From Aquiluna sp. (GTDB lineage: Bacteria; Actinomycetota; Actinomycetes; Actinomycetales; Microbacteriaceae): DNA of 64,000 bases. Of the stretch, positions 39,608 through 51,456 are shown in pieces. The notes under the pieces are model-generated. The model searched no databases. It was not told the origin of the DNA and saw only the letters and a list, made by a program, of their open reading frames with translations. The translations under genes and the position numbers were made by a program. The stretch covers positions 49,968-113,967 of the forward strand of contig JAGYIJ010000003.1 in assembly GCA_018402685.1 (NCBI GenBank), in the 5' to 3' direction. The first letter of the stretch is position 1; each line of letters begins with the position of its first letter.

Positions 39608-40455
39608 TGGAAATCCCAGGCTTCAAGCACATTTATTCGGGCAAGGTCAGAGAGCTCTACGCACCGCTGGATTCAGATTTTGATCACCTGGTTTTGATTG
39701 TGGCAAGTGACCGAGTCAGCGCCTTTGACCACATTCACACTCCCGATATTCCGGGAAAGGGCACAAACCTAACGGCGGTCACCAACTGGTGGTTCGACAA
39801 TCTTGATATATCAAACCATCGCTCAGACGAACTTGAAGTTCCAGAAATCGTTGCTGGTCGAGCAATGATCGCCAAGAGGTTAGAGATGTTTCCAGTCGAG
39901 TGCGTGGTGAGGGGCTACCTAACTGGCACGGGCTTTATTGAGTATCAAGAATCCGGGACGGTTTGTGGCATCGAGCTGCCAGCGGGCCTTGCTAACGGTG
40001 ACCGGCTCCCCTACCCGATCTTCACACCCGCCTTTAAGGCTCCTCAGGGTGCGCATGACGAGAACATCAGCTTTGAACAAGTGATTGAGCTTGTTGGTAA
40101 GGAAGTAGCCGAGGAGCTCAGAGACCTGAGCGTCGGCATCTTCCTAAAGGCGAGCGAGCTGGCTGCTAAAAAAGGATTGATACTGGCAGACACCAAGTTT
40201 GAGTTTGGCAACAATCCGCGTAGCAACGTAATAACCCTCGGGGACGAGGTCCTCACCCCAGACAGCTCCAGGTATTGGGATAAAGAGCTGTGGGAAAAAG
40301 GGGTCAGGGACCAGAGTTTTGACAAGCAGATAGTCAGAAATTGGCTGCTTGAAAACTGGGATCGTCAGAGCGCTCCGCCTGAGCTCCCAGCTGAGATTGT
40401 GCAACAAACCGCAACTCGATATGAAGAGTTAGCCGAACGTCTTTCAAGAGAATAA
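39607..40455 (+). CDS. purC: Phosphoribosylaminoimidazole-succinocarboxamide synthase
   Basis: 282 aa. YSGKVRELY... and ILADTKFEFG motifs. GTG start. Confidence 0.9.
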   Translation: MEIPGFKHIYSGKVRELYAPLDSDFDHLVLIVASDRVSAFDHIHTPDIPGKGTNLTAVTNWWFDNLDISNHRSDELEVPEIVAGRAMIAKRLEMFPVECVVRGYLTGTGFIEYQESGTVCGIELPAGLANGDRLPYPIFTPAFKAPQGAHDENISFEQVIELVGKEVAEELRDLSVGIFLKASELAAKKGLILADTKFEFGNNPRSNVITLGDEVLTPDSSRYWDKELWEKGVRDQSFDKQIVRNWLLENWDRQSAPPELPAEIVQQTATRYEELAERLSRE

Positions 40456-40474
40456 AAAAGCGTAAAGTTGAGGG

Positions 40475-41566
40475 ATGCTTAGCACACCACTAAACGCCGA
40501 GCACGAGAAATTGGGCGCAAGTTTCACTGACTTCGGTGGCTGGTCCATGCCCGTGAGGTACGGCTCCGACTTAGATGAACATCACCAGGTGAGAGACTCT
40601 GCCGGAGTCTTTGACATCAGCCATATGGCCGAGATCAGAATCAAAGGCCCCGAGGCATCCGCCTACCTCGACTACGCATTGGTTTCCAAGCTCTCTGAGG
40701 TTGAGGTTTCTAGAGCCAAGTACACGCTGATTTGCAACGAGCAGGGTGGGGCGATTGACGATCTGATCGTCTATCGAATGGCTCAGGATGAGTTTTTGAT
40801 TGTGGCCAACGCGGCCAATCGCCACGCAGTTGTGGTTGCCCTGGTCGAGCGCCAGGAAGCCTTCAGCGATGTCGAGGTCCTGGATGAGTCAGACGACTGG
40901 GCACTAATTGCCCTGCAGGGACCAAAGTCGCAAGGGGTGCTTGAGGCTCTGACCACAAAGGATCTGAGTCAGGCAAAGTACTACTCGATTCTTTCCGCTC
41001 AAATTGAGGGCGTCGAGGTGCTGCTGGCGAGAACCGGCTACACCGGCGAGGACGGCTTTGAGATCTTTGTTCCCGAAGAGCACGCCGCAAAGATTTGGCG
41101 ATTGCTGGTTGACCAACCCGAGGTTGAACCCTCTGGGCTTGCAGCGCGCGACACCTTGAGACTCGAGGCAGGTATGCCGCTATATGGCCACGAGCTGAAC
41201 CTAGATGTCACCCCCTTTGAAGCCAACCTGGGGAAGGTAATTCGCTTTGACAAGGGTGGTTTTGTTGGAAGGGCAGCGCTCGAGGCTAGAAGCGGCCTGA
41301 CCCCGGAGTTCAGGCTCTATGGCCTCAGGGGTGAGGGCAAGAGAGCTGCCAGGGCGGATTACGAGATTTTCCTTGCGGGCGGCGATGAGCCAATTGGTCA
41401 AGTGACCTCGGGAGCACTGTCACCAACTTTGGGTTACCCGATCGCGATGGCATTTTTAGATGGCAAACTTGAACTAGAAATCGGCAGCCAACTAGAGGCT
41501 GACGTGCGGGGAACAAGAATCTCGTTTGAGGTCGTAAAACTTCCGTTCTACAAACGGGGAAGGTAA
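40475..41566 (+). CDS. gcvT: Glycine cleavage system aminomethyltransferase (T protein)
   Basis: 363 aa. ...FGGWSMPVRYGS...GVFDISHM... Confidence 0.9.
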   Translation: MLSTPLNAEHEKLGASFTDFGGWSMPVRYGSDLDEHHQVRDSAGVFDISHMAEIRIKGPEASAYLDYALVSKLSEVEVSRAKYTLICNEQGGAIDDLIVYRMAQDEFLIVANAANRHAVVVALVERQEAFSDVEVLDESDDWALIALQGPKSQGVLEALTTKDLSQAKYYSILSAQIEGVEVLLARTGYTGEDGFEIFVPEEHAAKIWRLLVDQPEVEPSGLAARDTLRLEAGMPLYGHELNLDVTPFEANLGKVIRFDKGGFVGRAALEARSGLTPEFRLYGLRGEGKRAARADYEIFLAGGDEPIGQVTSGALSPTLGYPIAMAFLDGKLELEIGSQLEADVRGTRISFEVVKLPFYKRGR

Positions 41567-41568
41567 TC

Positions 41569-41940
41569 ATGGCAAACCCAGATCACTTGCAGTACACCAA
41601 GGAACACGAGTGGGTGCTTATCGACGGCGATACGGCAACCATCGGCATCACCCGCTATGCGGCGGATGCCCTGGGTGAAATTGTCTATGTTGACCTACCG
41701 AAGGTTGGCGCATCGACCACCCACATGAAGATTTGTGGTGAGATCGAATCCACCAAATCCGTCGGTGAGCTCTACGCTCCGATGGACGGAGAGGTCATCG
41801 AAGCCAACAAATCTTTGGACGCAGCACCCGACACGGTAAATGCTGACCCATTTGGGGAAGGTTGGCTGATTAAAATCCGTTATACCTCCCTACCAGAACT
41901 TCTTTCAGCCGCGGAGTATGACGCTTTTACAGGAGAGTAA
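41569..41940 (+). CDS. gcvH: Glycine cleavage system H protein
   Basis: 123 aa. Lipoyl-lysine motif EIESTKSVGELYAP. Confidence 0.9.
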   Translation: MANPDHLQYTKEHEWVLIDGDTATIGITRYAADALGEIVYVDLPKVGASTTHMKICGEIESTKSVGELYAPMDGEVIEANKSLDAAPDTVNADPFGEGWLIKIRYTSLPELLSAAEYDAFTGE

Positions 41941-44772
41941 TTGCTTTTAGATCACCATCAGTTCCGTCAACGCCACATTGGACCGAATCGCCAAGAGCAG
42001 CAGGAAATGCTGGACTACGTTGGAGCGGAATCTCTAGCGGACCTGATGGAGAAGGCTCTTCCAGAAGCCATCCACTATCGCGGTGGCAGCACTCTGCCAG
42101 CAGCCACTCAGCGAGGATGAGGCACTAGATCGCCTCAGAGAAATCGCCGGCAAGAACCGCATCACCCAGAGCTTTATTGGTCTTGGCTACTACGGCACCA
42201 GAACACCGGGTGTGATCAAGCGCAACGTGCTAGAAAGCCCAAGCTGGTACACCGCCTACACCCCATACCAGCCCGAGATCAGCCAGGGTCGACTAGAAGC
42301 GATTATCAACTTCCAGACCGTGGTCACCGACCTAACCGGCATGAAGACCGCTAACGCATCAATGCTCGATGAGTCCACCGCAGTGGTTGAAGCGATGATG
42401 ATCGCCAAGCGCAGTGCGGACTCTGAATCCAACGTCTTTTTTGTCGACAGCGACATCTACCCGCAGACCAAGCAGCTCCTAGAGCACCGTGCCGAGCCAC
42501 TTGGAATTGTGATTCAGTACTTCGACGCGGCAAAGATTGACGAGCTCAACCAAGAGTGCTTTGGAGCAGTGATTCAATACCCGGGTGCATCGGGACGAAT
42601 CATTGACTTTGACAACCTGTTCGCAAAGGTTCACGAGTTTGGCGGACTAGCTATCGCAACTGCAGACCTAATGGCACTAACAGTTTTGAAGCCTCCCGGC
42701 GAAGCCGGAGCCGATGTGGTTTGTGGCACCACGCAACGATTCGGCGTGCCAATGGGCTTTGGTGGTCCACACGCCGGCTACCTGGCCGTTCGCGATCGTC
42801 TTGAGCGCACCATGCCAGGTCGCCTGGTTGGAGTCTCTGTCGACGCCGAGGGAGCTCCCGCCTACCGACTAACCCTGCAGACCCGTGAGCAGCACATCAG
42901 ACGCGAGAAAGCCACCAGCAATATCTGCACCGCGCAGGTGCTTCTCGCTGTGATGGCCGGAATGTATGCCGTCTACCACGGACCAAAGGACCTTAAGGCC
43001 ATTGCATCTGAGATTCACTCCAAGGCATCAGCGCTTGCAAACGTGCTGGGTGAAGTTGGAATCAAGATCCAGCACGAGAACTTCTTCGACACCATCAGGT
43101 TGGTTGATGTCGATGCAAAGAAGTTCTTCGATGCCGCCAGGCACAAGGACCTCACTCTTTTGATGGTTGATGAATCAACCATCGGCATCTCGGTTGACGA
43201 GAGCACCTCTTGGGAGCACCTGGCCGAACTGGCAAATGTGTTTGGTGCGAGAGTTCCAAAGCCAGAGGATGCCACCGACCGCCTCAGAAACCACCGCACC
43301 TCCGGCTATCTAGAGCACCCGGTCTTTAATTCCTATCACTCAGAGACCGCGATGCTGAGGTATTTGAAGAAGCTCTCTGATTTTGACTACGCGCTCGACC
43401 GCGGCATGATCCCTCTCGGTTCCTGCACCATGAAGCTCAACTCGGTCACCGAGATGGAGGCTGTTACCTGGCCTGAGTTTGCAAACCTGCACCCCTTCGC
43501 TCCTCGGGAAGACGTCACCGGCTACCTAGAACTAATCGATGAGTTGGTCTCTTGGCTCAGTGACATCACGGGCTACGAGGCAATCTCGCTTGCAGCCAAA
43601 CGCCGGTAGCCAGGGTGAACTTGCGGGTCTTCTGGCAATCCGCGGTTACCACCGTTCACGCGGTGACTTCCAGCGCAATGTTTGTGTGATTCCATCCTCA
43701 GCCCACGGCACCAATGCCGCGAGCGCCGTGCTGGCGGGCATGGAAGTCGTGGTCGTGGCATGTGATGAAGATGGCAACGTTGACGTTGCTGATCTAAAGA
43801 TCAAGATTGCAGAGGCGGGCGACACCCTCGCAGCCCTGATGATCACCTACCCATCAACCCACGGCGTCTTCGAGGAGGCAGTGGTTGAAATCTGTGACCT
43901 GGTTCACGCAGCCGGTGGCCAGGTCTACATCGATGGTGCCAACACCAACGCGGTGGTTGGTTATGCAAAGTTTGGCGAGTTTGGTGGCGATGTCTCTCAC
44001 CTGAACCTGCACAAAACCTTCTGCATCCCTCACGGTGGTGGTGGTCCAGGTGTTGGACCAGTGGTTGCCAGAGAGCACCTGCGTCCATTCCTTCCTGGAC
44101 ACTCACTTGCCCAGGTGGATCTTGGTTCTTACGGTCCAGTCTCAGCGGCACCATTTGGTTCGCCAAGCATCCTGCCGATCTCCTGGGCCTACATCCAGAT
44201 GATGGGTCCAAGCGGTCTGATGGATGCAACCGCGGTTGCCGTGTTGAGCGCCAACTACGTTGCCAAGAAGCTTTCTGACGCCTTCCCGCTTTTGTATACG
44301 GGCAAGAACGGCATGGTTGCTCACGAAGCCGTCATCGACATCAGACCACTCCAAAAAGACGCCGGCATCTCAAACGATGATGTTGCTGAAGCGACTAGTT
44401 GACTACGGTTTCCACGCACCAACCATGAGCTTCCCGGTAGCGGGAACCCTCATGATTGAACCAACTGAGTCGGAGCCAAAGCCAGAGCTCGACAGATTTA
44501 TTAGTGCCATGCTCGCGATTCGTGCTGAGGCCCAGAAGGTTGAGGACGGTGAGTGGCCAAGGGATAACAACCCACTGGTAAATGCTCCCCACACCGCCAA
44601 CCACCTGACTTCAGAGTGGGATCACCCCTACTCACGTGAAGAGGCAGTGTTCCCAACCGATGCTCAGCGCAAGAGCAAGTACTGGCCACCTGTTAGAAGG
44701 ATTGACGGTGCATTTGGGGACAGGAACCTGACCTGCACCTGTCCGCCGATCGAGAGTTTTGCGAAGAGCTAG
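41941..44772 (+). CDS. gcvP: Glycine dehydrogenase (decarboxylating, P protein), broken by three 1-nt frameshifts
   Basis: Four frame segments: [15 protein letters not shown]... (TTG at 41941), 42083-43609, 43539-44402 and 44260-44772. Junctions at about 42085-42100, about 43589-43591 (expected ...[13 protein letters not shown]) and about 44385-44388 (expected ...[16 protein letters not shown]). Confidence 0.9.
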
Positions 44773-45140
44773 CCCCTCGGAATCAAGTGCTTTCGAATGA
44801 TGTCAGCAGCTTGCTCAAGTTCTAAGCTCCCGTCTGCTATGCCGAGTGTCAAAGAGAAGGACTCTTCGGTCGTCATGTTGTGCTGAAATCCGTTGGCTGC
44901 AATAAAGGACAGAAAGAGTAGCCAGCCGGTTCGCTTGTTTCCATCAACCATCGGATGGTTCTTTATCAAAGAATGAAGCATTGCTGCAGCCTTGGTCTGC
45001 AGATCTGGATATGCATCCTCGCCGAAAAGACTGGTCTTGGGGCGCTGCAGTGCGGAATCAAGTAACCCCATGTCCTTCACATGAAACCCAAGAAACGCAA
45101 CCTGTTCAAGAGCATCTTCTAGCTCTAGATACTCGGTCAC
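44769..45140 (-). CDS. doc: Fic/Doc-family death-on-curing toxin
   Basis: 123 aa. Fic motif [11 protein letters not shown]. Confidence 0.85.
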   Translation of the reverse strand: MTEYLELEDALEQVAFLGFHVKDMGLLDSALQRPKTSLFGEDAYPDLQTKAAAMLHSLIKNHPMVDGNKRTGWLLFLSFIAANGFQHNMTTEESFSLTLGIADGSLELEQAADIIRKHLIPRG

Positions 45141-45343
45141 GCGTCTGCCAATCGCTCCATAAGTTCTTTGTCATGGGTCATTACAAACTCTCGAGCAAAG
45201 GCTAAATCGCGTTTGCGTTTTGCCTTTGTCTCCATTTGATTCATAGCTTCGATGAGAGCCTTCTGTTTGGAAACTCCAAGCTGCTGAGCCAGGCGCTCCA
45301 GCGTTGCTTTCTCTTCTTCGGTAAGTCTTAGTGTCATGGCCAT
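45137..45343 (-). CDS. Ribbon-helix-helix antitoxin partnering Doc
   Basis: 68 aa. MAMTLRLTEEEKATLERLAQQLGVSKQ. 4-nt overlap with doc. Confidence 0.75.
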   Translation of the reverse strand: MAMTLRLTEEEKATLERLAQQLGVSKQKALIEAMNQMETKAKRKRDLAFAREFVMTHDKELMERLADA

Positions 45344-45352
45344 GATGCTAAT

Positions 45353-45369
45353 GGTATCAAAGTGATACC
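45353..45369. promoter_or_regulatory. Inverted repeat GGTATCA-N3-TGATACC, candidate antitoxin operator
   Basis: Perfect 7-3-7 palindrome 9 nt upstream of the antitoxin start. Confidence 0.45.
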
Positions 45370-45386
45370 AAATGTCAATATTCCAA

Positions 45387-45400
45387 ATCTGTGGATAACT
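45387..45400 (-). promoter_or_regulatory. 14-mer AGTTATCCACAGAT (DnaA-box containing), copy 2
   Basis: Exact copy, 43 nt upstream of the Doc-antitoxin start, in operon orientation. Confidence 0.6.
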
Positions 45401-45426
45401 GACTATTTGAGCAACATGTGAATAAC

Positions 45427-46918
45427 CTAGCGAGGTGCCAGGAGCTCGTATGCTGCCTCTAGCTCAGGAGATAGATCTCTATCCGGCCCCATCCCAGGAA
45501 CTCGTTCCCTAAGAATTGCAATCAACTCGCCGGTCACTGGTGCTGGCTTGTGTTCCCTGAGCTCAACCGCTCTTGCAGCAGTGACCAGCTCGATGGCAAG
45601 GATTCGACGCAGGTTGTCGACGGCTTTGCGCAGCTTGCGTCCTGCATGCCAACCCATGGAGACGTGATCCTCCTGCATCGCACTCGATGGAATCGAGTCG
45701 ACGCTTGCGGGATTTGCCAGCCTCTTGTTCTCACTCACCATCGCCGCTTGGGTGTATTGCGCGATCATCAAACCAGAGTCGACTCCGGCATCGTGAGCGA
45801 GAAAGTGAGGCAGTCCACGGTTTCTAGATACATCCAAGAACCGATCGGTCCTTCGCTCTGAGATTGACCCAACATCGGCAACCGCAATTGCCAAGAAGTC
45901 CAGACACCATTGCAACTGGGGCTCCGTGGAAGTTGCCGTTGGAGGTGACCTCACCACTTTGCAACACAACCGGATTGTCGATGATTGCCGCCAACTCCCT
46001 GGTTGCAACGAGCTTGGCGTGAGTAACGGTATCCCTTGCAGCACCTGCAACCTGCGGCGAGCAGCGAAGCGAGTAAGCATCCTGCACCACGCCATCACCA
46101 TGGCGATGTGAGGAGACAATCTCACTTCCCTTGAGTGCTGCAAACATGTTTGCAGCACTTACTGCCTGGCCTGGATGTGGTCGAAGTGGTTCGTGGAGTT
46201 CAGGTCTGAAGACCTGATCGGTGCCCATCTGCCCCTCGACGCTCATAGCAGCGATGACATCGGCCTGGTCCAACAGCAACTCAAGATCGGAGATCGCCAT
46301 GATCAGCATGCCCAACATGCCATCGGTGCCGTTGATGAGCGCGAGGCCTTCTTTCTCTCGAAGCTCCACAGGCGTAATGCCGGCTGCTGACAGCAACTCT
46401 GCGACTGGCTTCTCAGTGCCGTCAGGCCCAGAGGCCCTGCCCTCACCCATGAGCACCATTGCGCAGTGAGCGAGAGGTGCTAAATCTCCGGAGCAACCCA
46501 GGGAGCCATACTCCAAAACTCTTGGCGTGATGCCGGCATTCAAGATGGCGGCATAGGTCTGAGCAACTATCGGCCTCACGCCGGTCTGACCCGAACACAT
46601 CGTCTTTAGTCGCAAAGCCATGAGCGCTCTGACGACCTCGCGTTCGATCGGATCTCCCATGCCGGCAGCGTGGGAGCGAATCAGTGACTTCTGCAGCTGC
46701 ACGCGATCACCTGCAGGGATGTGCCTTTGAGCTAGAGCACCGAAGCCGGTGGAGATGCCATAAACAGGTGTCTCGGCTTGAGCGAGTTTCTCAATGTGCT
46801 CACGCGTTGAGGCCATGGCGCTAAGAGATTCTGGGGAGATCTCAACCTGGGCGCCCTTTCTTGCAATTGCAATCACATCGGCAAATGTCATGCCCGATGT
46901 TGAGATAACTACCTTCAT
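45427..46918 (-). CDS. hutH: Histidine ammonia-lyase, broken by a 1-nt frameshift
   Basis: The N-part (45824-46918) contains [12 protein letters not shown] (MIO-forming motif region). The C-part (45427-46158) reads ...[18 protein letters not shown].... Junction near 45918-45925. Confidence 0.9.
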
Positions 46919-48078
46919 TTGTTCCTCTCGAAAACCTGTTTCCCTGCCACAAAAGTCTTTTCCACCAGCTGAACACCTGGCCGGTAGGCAAGGTGAATGT
47001 GGTTAGGAGCATCCAGCACCGCAAAGTCAGCAGTGGCCCCAACCTCCAAGGTTCCCTTTTGGTTGCGAAGCGCCTTCGCGCCTCCCCGCGTTGCGGCCCA
47101 AAGGGCTTGATCAGGGGTGAGCCCCATCTCTCTGACAGCGACTGCGATGCAGAAGGGCATCGAGGTTGTGAATGAGGATCCAGGGTTGCAGTCGGTTGCA
47201 AGAGCGACGGTGACGCCAGCTGCAACCAACCTTCTGGCATCGGGGTAAGGACTTCTGGTTGAAAACTCAGCCCCTGGCACCAAGGTGGCGACAGTGTTGG
47301 ACCCAGAAAGCACAGCGATGTCCTCAGCACTCAAGTGGGTGCAGTGATCAACCGAGGCGCAATCAAGCTCAACCGCAAGAGCAATCGCACCGAGATTCTC
47401 AAGCTGGTTCGCATGCATGCGGGGCTGAAGCCCGGCTGCAATGCCAGCTTTAAGGATCTCTCTGGCCTCATCAACCCCGAATGCCCCACGATCACAAAAC
47501 ACGTCCACCCATTTGGCATGGGGTTTGCAGGCATTGAGCATTTCACCGGTCACGAGCTCTAGGTATTCAGAGCGCTCGACTCCCTCTGGAACAACGTGAG
47601 CTCCGAGATAGGTGACATCTTCGGTGAACTCACTTGCAATTTGGAGGCTTCTGGCTTCGGTCTCAACATCGAGACCGTAACCACTCTTGATTTCAAAATG
47701 AGTGATGCCACTTGCGTAAAACTCTTGAACCAAACGCTTTGCGTTGTCCCGAAGCTCTTGGTCACTTGCCTCCCTGGTTGCCTTGACTGTGGTTCGAATC
47801 CCGCCCGAGGCATAGGGCTGCCCTGCCATCCGGTGCGCAAACTCTTCGCTTCGCTCTCCGCCAAACATCAGGTGGGAGTGAGAATCGACAAAACCTGGAA
47901 TCACGGTCTTGCCAGCTAGCGACACGACCTCATCGGCAGCTGGAGCATTGGCAACTTTCCCCAACCAAGCAACCTTTGATCCTTCAACGACCATGGCGGC
48001 ATTTTCAACCACCTCAAGATGCCCGAATGCCTCGCCGGTTCGAACCAGCGAGGCGATGTCGGTGTAAAGGGTTCTCAA
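46915..48078 (-). CDS. hutI: Imidazolonepropionase
   Basis: Start trimmed to the TTG at 48078 ([11 protein letters not shown]...), directly after the hutU stop. GFVDSHSH metal motif. Confidence 0.85.
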   Translation of the reverse strand: MRTLYTDIASLVRTGEAFGHLEVVENAAMVVEGSKVAWLGKVANAPAADEVVSLAGKTVIPGFVDSHSHLMFGGERSEEFAHRMAGQPYASGGIRTTVKATREASDQELRDNAKRLVQEFYASGITHFEIKSGYGLDVETEARSLQIASEFTEDVTYLGAHVVPEGVERSEYLELVTGEMLNACKPHAKWVDVFCDRGAFGVDEAREILKAGIAAGLQPRMHANQLENLGAIALAVELDCASVDHCTHLSAEDIAVLSGSNTVATLVPGAEFSTRSPYPDARRLVAAGVTVALATDCNPGSSFTTSMPFCIAVAVREMGLTPDQALWAATRGGAKALRNQKGTLEVGATADFAVLDAPNHIHLAYRPGVQLVEKTFVAGKQVFERNK

Positions 48079-48079
48079 G

Positions 48080-49741
48080 TTATTCAGTATCCAGCATTGG
48101 AACGTGAACGTGCTTTTCTCGTGCCACGCTCTGAGCCTCTGGATATCCAGCATCTGAGTGACGAATAACACCCATGCCAGGGTCGTTGGTTAGCACTCGC
48201 TGCAGTTTCTGAGCTGCCAGCTCGGTGCCATCGGCAACAGATACCTGACCTGCGTGGATGGACCTACCCATGCCAACCCCACCACCGTGGTGGATGGAGA
48301 CCCAGGAGGCACCCGATGCAATGTTGATCATGGCGTTCAGTAGTGGCCAGTCTGCAATAGCGTCCGAGCCATCAAGCATCGCCTCGGACTCTCTATATGG
48401 AGAAGCAACGCTGCCGCAGTCGAGGTGATCGCGACCAATGACAATCGGAGCAGACACCTCACCCTTTTTGACTAGGTCGTTAAACACTGCTCCGGCCTTG
48501 TCGCGCTCGCCGTAGCCAAGCCAGCAGATTCTCGCGGGTAGTCCCTGGAACTCGACGCGCTCCTGGGCCATGGTGATCCAACGCCTGAGGTGCTCGTTCT
48601 CTGGGAAGAGGTCCAGGATTGCCTGGTCAGTTCTGTAGATGTCCTTGGGGTCACCCGAGAGTGCCACCCATCTGAATGGCCCCTTGCCCTCACAGAACAG
48701 CGGGCGGATGTAGGCAGGGATAAAGCCGGGGAACTTGAAGGCATCTGCAAAACCGCCCTGGCGAGCCTCGTCACGGATTGAATTGCCGTAGTCAAAGACC
48801 TCAGCACCCTTAGCCATGAAGCCAACCATGGCCTCAACGTGCTTGGCCATCGACTCCTTGGCGCGAAGCGAGAACTCCTCTGGATTGCTCTCGGCGTATG
48901 CACGAGACTCCTCCATGCTCACACCCTCTGGGATGTAATAAAGAGGATCGTGAGCGCTGGTCTGGTCAGTGACGATGTCGATCGGGACATCGCGCTTGAG
49001 CAGCTCGGCAAAGATGGTGGCCGCATTGCCAACCACACCGACAGAGATTGCCTTGCGCTCGTTCTTGTACCGGACAGCTCTCTCGATTGCATCGTCCAGG
49101 TTGTCCGCTAGCTCATCTAGGTACCTGGTCTCGATGCGCTTGCGCAGTCGGGACTCATCGATGTCAACAATCAGGCAGGTGCCCTCGTTCATGGTTACAG
49201 CCAGTGGCTGGGCTCCGCCCATGCCACCGCAACCGCCGGTCAAAGTGAGGGTTCCGGCCAAGGTTCCGTTGAAGCGCTTCTGGGCAACAGCTGCAAAGGT
49301 CTCGTAGGTACCCTGCAGGATTCCTTGGGTGCCAATGTAGATCCAGGAGCCCGCGGTCATCTGGCCATACATTGTCAGGCCTAGGTTTTCTAGCCTTCGG
49401 AATTCTGGCCAGTTGGCCCAGTCGCCAACCAGGTTGGAGTTAGCAAGCAAAACCCTTGGTGCCCACTCGTGAGTTTGGAAGACACCAACTGGCTTGCCGG
49501 ACTGCACCAGCATGGTTTCATCGTTCTTCAAATGTGTGAGGGTGTGCACCATCGCATCAAAGGACTTCCAGTTTCTGGCGGCCTTGCCGTTACCGCCATA
49601 AACAATTAGTTCCTCGGGGTGTTCTGCCACCGAAGGATCGAGGTTGTTGTGAAGCATTCGAAGGGCGGCCTCTTGTTGCCAGCCCTGAGCAGTCAGTTGA
49701 GATCCGGTTGCTGCTCTTAGTACACGCGTCGTTGCTGTCAT
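48080..49741 (-). CDS. hutU: Urocanate hydratase
   Basis: 553 aa, intact. [16 protein letters not shown] motif. Confidence 0.95.
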   Translation of the reverse strand: MTATTRVLRAATGSQLTAQGWQQEAALRMLHNNLDPSVAEHPEELIVYGGNGKAARNWKSFDAMVHTLTHLKNDETMLVQSGKPVGVFQTHEWAPRVLLANSNLVGDWANWPEFRRLENLGLTMYGQMTAGSWIYIGTQGILQGTYETFAAVAQKRFNGTLAGTLTLTGGCGGMGGAQPLAVTMNEGTCLIVDIDESRLRKRIETRYLDELADNLDDAIERAVRYKNERKAISVGVVGNAATIFAELLKRDVPIDIVTDQTSAHDPLYYIPEGVSMEESRAYAESNPEEFSLRAKESMAKHVEAMVGFMAKGAEVFDYGNSIRDEARQGGFADAFKFPGFIPAYIRPLFCEGKGPFRWVALSGDPKDIYRTDQAILDLFPENEHLRRWITMAQERVEFQGLPARICWLGYGERDKAGAVFNDLVKKGEVSAPIVIGRDHLDCGSVASPYRESEAMLDGSDAIADWPLLNAMINIASGASWVSIHHGGGVGMGRSIHAGQVSVADGTELAAQKLQRVLTNDPGMGVIRHSDAGYPEAQSVAREKHVHVPMLDTE

Positions 49742-49822
49742 GAACCAATTTCACAACCAGAGCAAGGTTCAAACAATGAGGATCTACTGGCTTGTGTCTG
49801 AGATTTCAGACAAACTAGGACC

Positions 49823-50593
49823 ATGTCAAAGGTGCCGGCAGCAAGTAGAACCCTGGCCCTGTTGCGAACCATGGCAGAGATTGGTCAACCCACCACAGCA
49901 GACCGCCTAGCCAAAAAGCTCAATATCCCAAGATCCTCCTGCTACCAACTCCTTGAGGCCCTTGAGGAGCAGGGCTTTGCGATTCACTACCCCGAGGAGA
50001 GACGCTGGGGCCTAGGTCTTGCCGCTTGGGAACTTGGAAGCGCATATCAAAGGCACGAACCGCTCGAGCGCTTGGCAAGGCCAGCCCTCCAGAAGCTGAT
50101 TGCGGAACTTAGCAAGAGAGCCAGCGTGGTGGGTCACCTTGCAATCTTGGATGGGTCCGATGTCCTCTACCTCTTGGAAGAGCGACCAGCCAGGTCACTA
50201 AGGCTTGTCACTGATATTGGGGTTCGGCTCCCCGCTCACCTCACTGCCTCCGGAAGAGCGATGCTCCAGCATCTTGACAAGAAGCAACTTGCTGCCTCAT
50301 TCAGAGGCAGGGAACTCGCCACAAGAACAAATCTCGGTCCAAAAGACTTGGCAACCCTTGAGCAAATTCTCGGCCTTGAACGTGTCCAGGGCTTCGCGCT
50401 AGAGGTTGATGAGGTGACCATGGGCTACGCATCTGTCGGGGTTGCAATTTTGGATAACCTCGGCCACCCACTCGCTGCCATTGCAATCACCCTGCAGTCA
50501 AACCAGCTAGAAAAGCTACAGTTATCTCAATTAGCGACGCTGCTTGATAAAGCAGCGTCGGACCTTTCGAGAAAGTTTGGGCACCATGGCTGA
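49823..50593 (+). CDS. IclR-family transcriptional regulator (probable hut regulator)
   Basis: 256 aa. N-terminal wHTH and a C-terminal IclR effector domain. Divergent from hutU. Confidence 0.8.
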   Translation: MSKVPAASRTLALLRTMAEIGQPTTADRLAKKLNIPRSSCYQLLEALEEQGFAIHYPEERRWGLGLAAWELGSAYQRHEPLERLARPALQKLIAELSKRASVVGHLAILDGSDVLYLLEERPARSLRLVTDIGVRLPAHLTASGRAMLQHLDKKQLAASFRGRELATRTNLGPKDLATLEQILGLERVQGFALEVDEVTMGYASVGVAILDNLGHPLAAIAITLQSNQLEKLQLSQLATLLDKAASDLSRKFGHHG

Positions 50594-51456
50594 AGATGCC
50601 AAATGGCCAAGAGCACACTCGCTCATTTCCAACCTAGAGTCAGCTGTTGGCTTGATAGATATCCCTGCCCACAAAACCTCAATTAGCGAAACCAGCGCTC
50701 ACCTCACCCCAAAAGCAATTCGCGAGGCACTCAAGCGCTACTCCACCTTCAGCTACACCGCATACGACGAGGTCACGACCTTGCTTCAAGACCTTGGAGC
50801 GATTGAAGATCCAGATTCAGATGAGCAGAAAGACAATCGAGACAATCGCGAGCGCCGATAAGGCGCTCACCATCGCTCTTGGCGGCGATAACTCCATCAC
50901 CTACGCAGCGGCACTTGGTGTCTTTGGTGATGACCTGGAAAACGCAGGACTCATAACCTTTGATGCTCACCACGATCTTCGCGATGGCATCTCAAATGGC
51001 TCCCCAGTCAGGCGACTAATTGAGGCTGGACTAAACCCCAAGCACATCGTCCAGGTTGGCATCAATGACTTTTCCAACTCCTACGAATATGCCAAGCTCG
51101 CAAAGAATCTCGGGATCTCCGTAATCTCTCGCTCCACGCTCGAACACATCGGCATCCAAGAGGCTTGCAACCTAGCGCTTGGTGTTGCAGCAGGGCCTGG
51201 CGGCAAAGTGTTCGTTGATCTCGATGTTGATGTTTGCGACAGGTCCCACGTTCCAGCCTGTCCGGCAGCGGCGCCCGGAGGCATAAGTGCTTTTCAACTG
51301 CGCCAGGCGGCGAGGCTCCTTGCTGGCCATCACCAGGTTCGAGGCATGGACATCACCGAGATTGACGCCAGCAGGGACAGCGACGATCAGCGGACTGTGA
51401 GGCTGGGAGCACTGCTGGTTCTGGAGATGCTTAGCGGGTTTCAGCTCCGCGCCTAG
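50586..51456 (+). CDS. hutG: Arginase-family formimidoylglutamase-like hydrolase, broken by a 1-nt frameshift
   Basis: The ATG at 50586 overlaps the IclR stop (ATGGCTGA). The second frame holds GGDNSIT, DAHHD and DLDVD Mn-binding motifs. Junction within about 50795-50835 (possibly at 50829-50833). Confidence 0.75.

Noticed and set aside
40467-40487. GTTGAGGGATGCTTAGCACAC resembles the left half of the 20-bp palindromic box
   Set aside because: It lacks the right arm (CCTCAA). It overlaps the gcvT RBS and start codon and is far from the surface locus, so it is probably coincidental.
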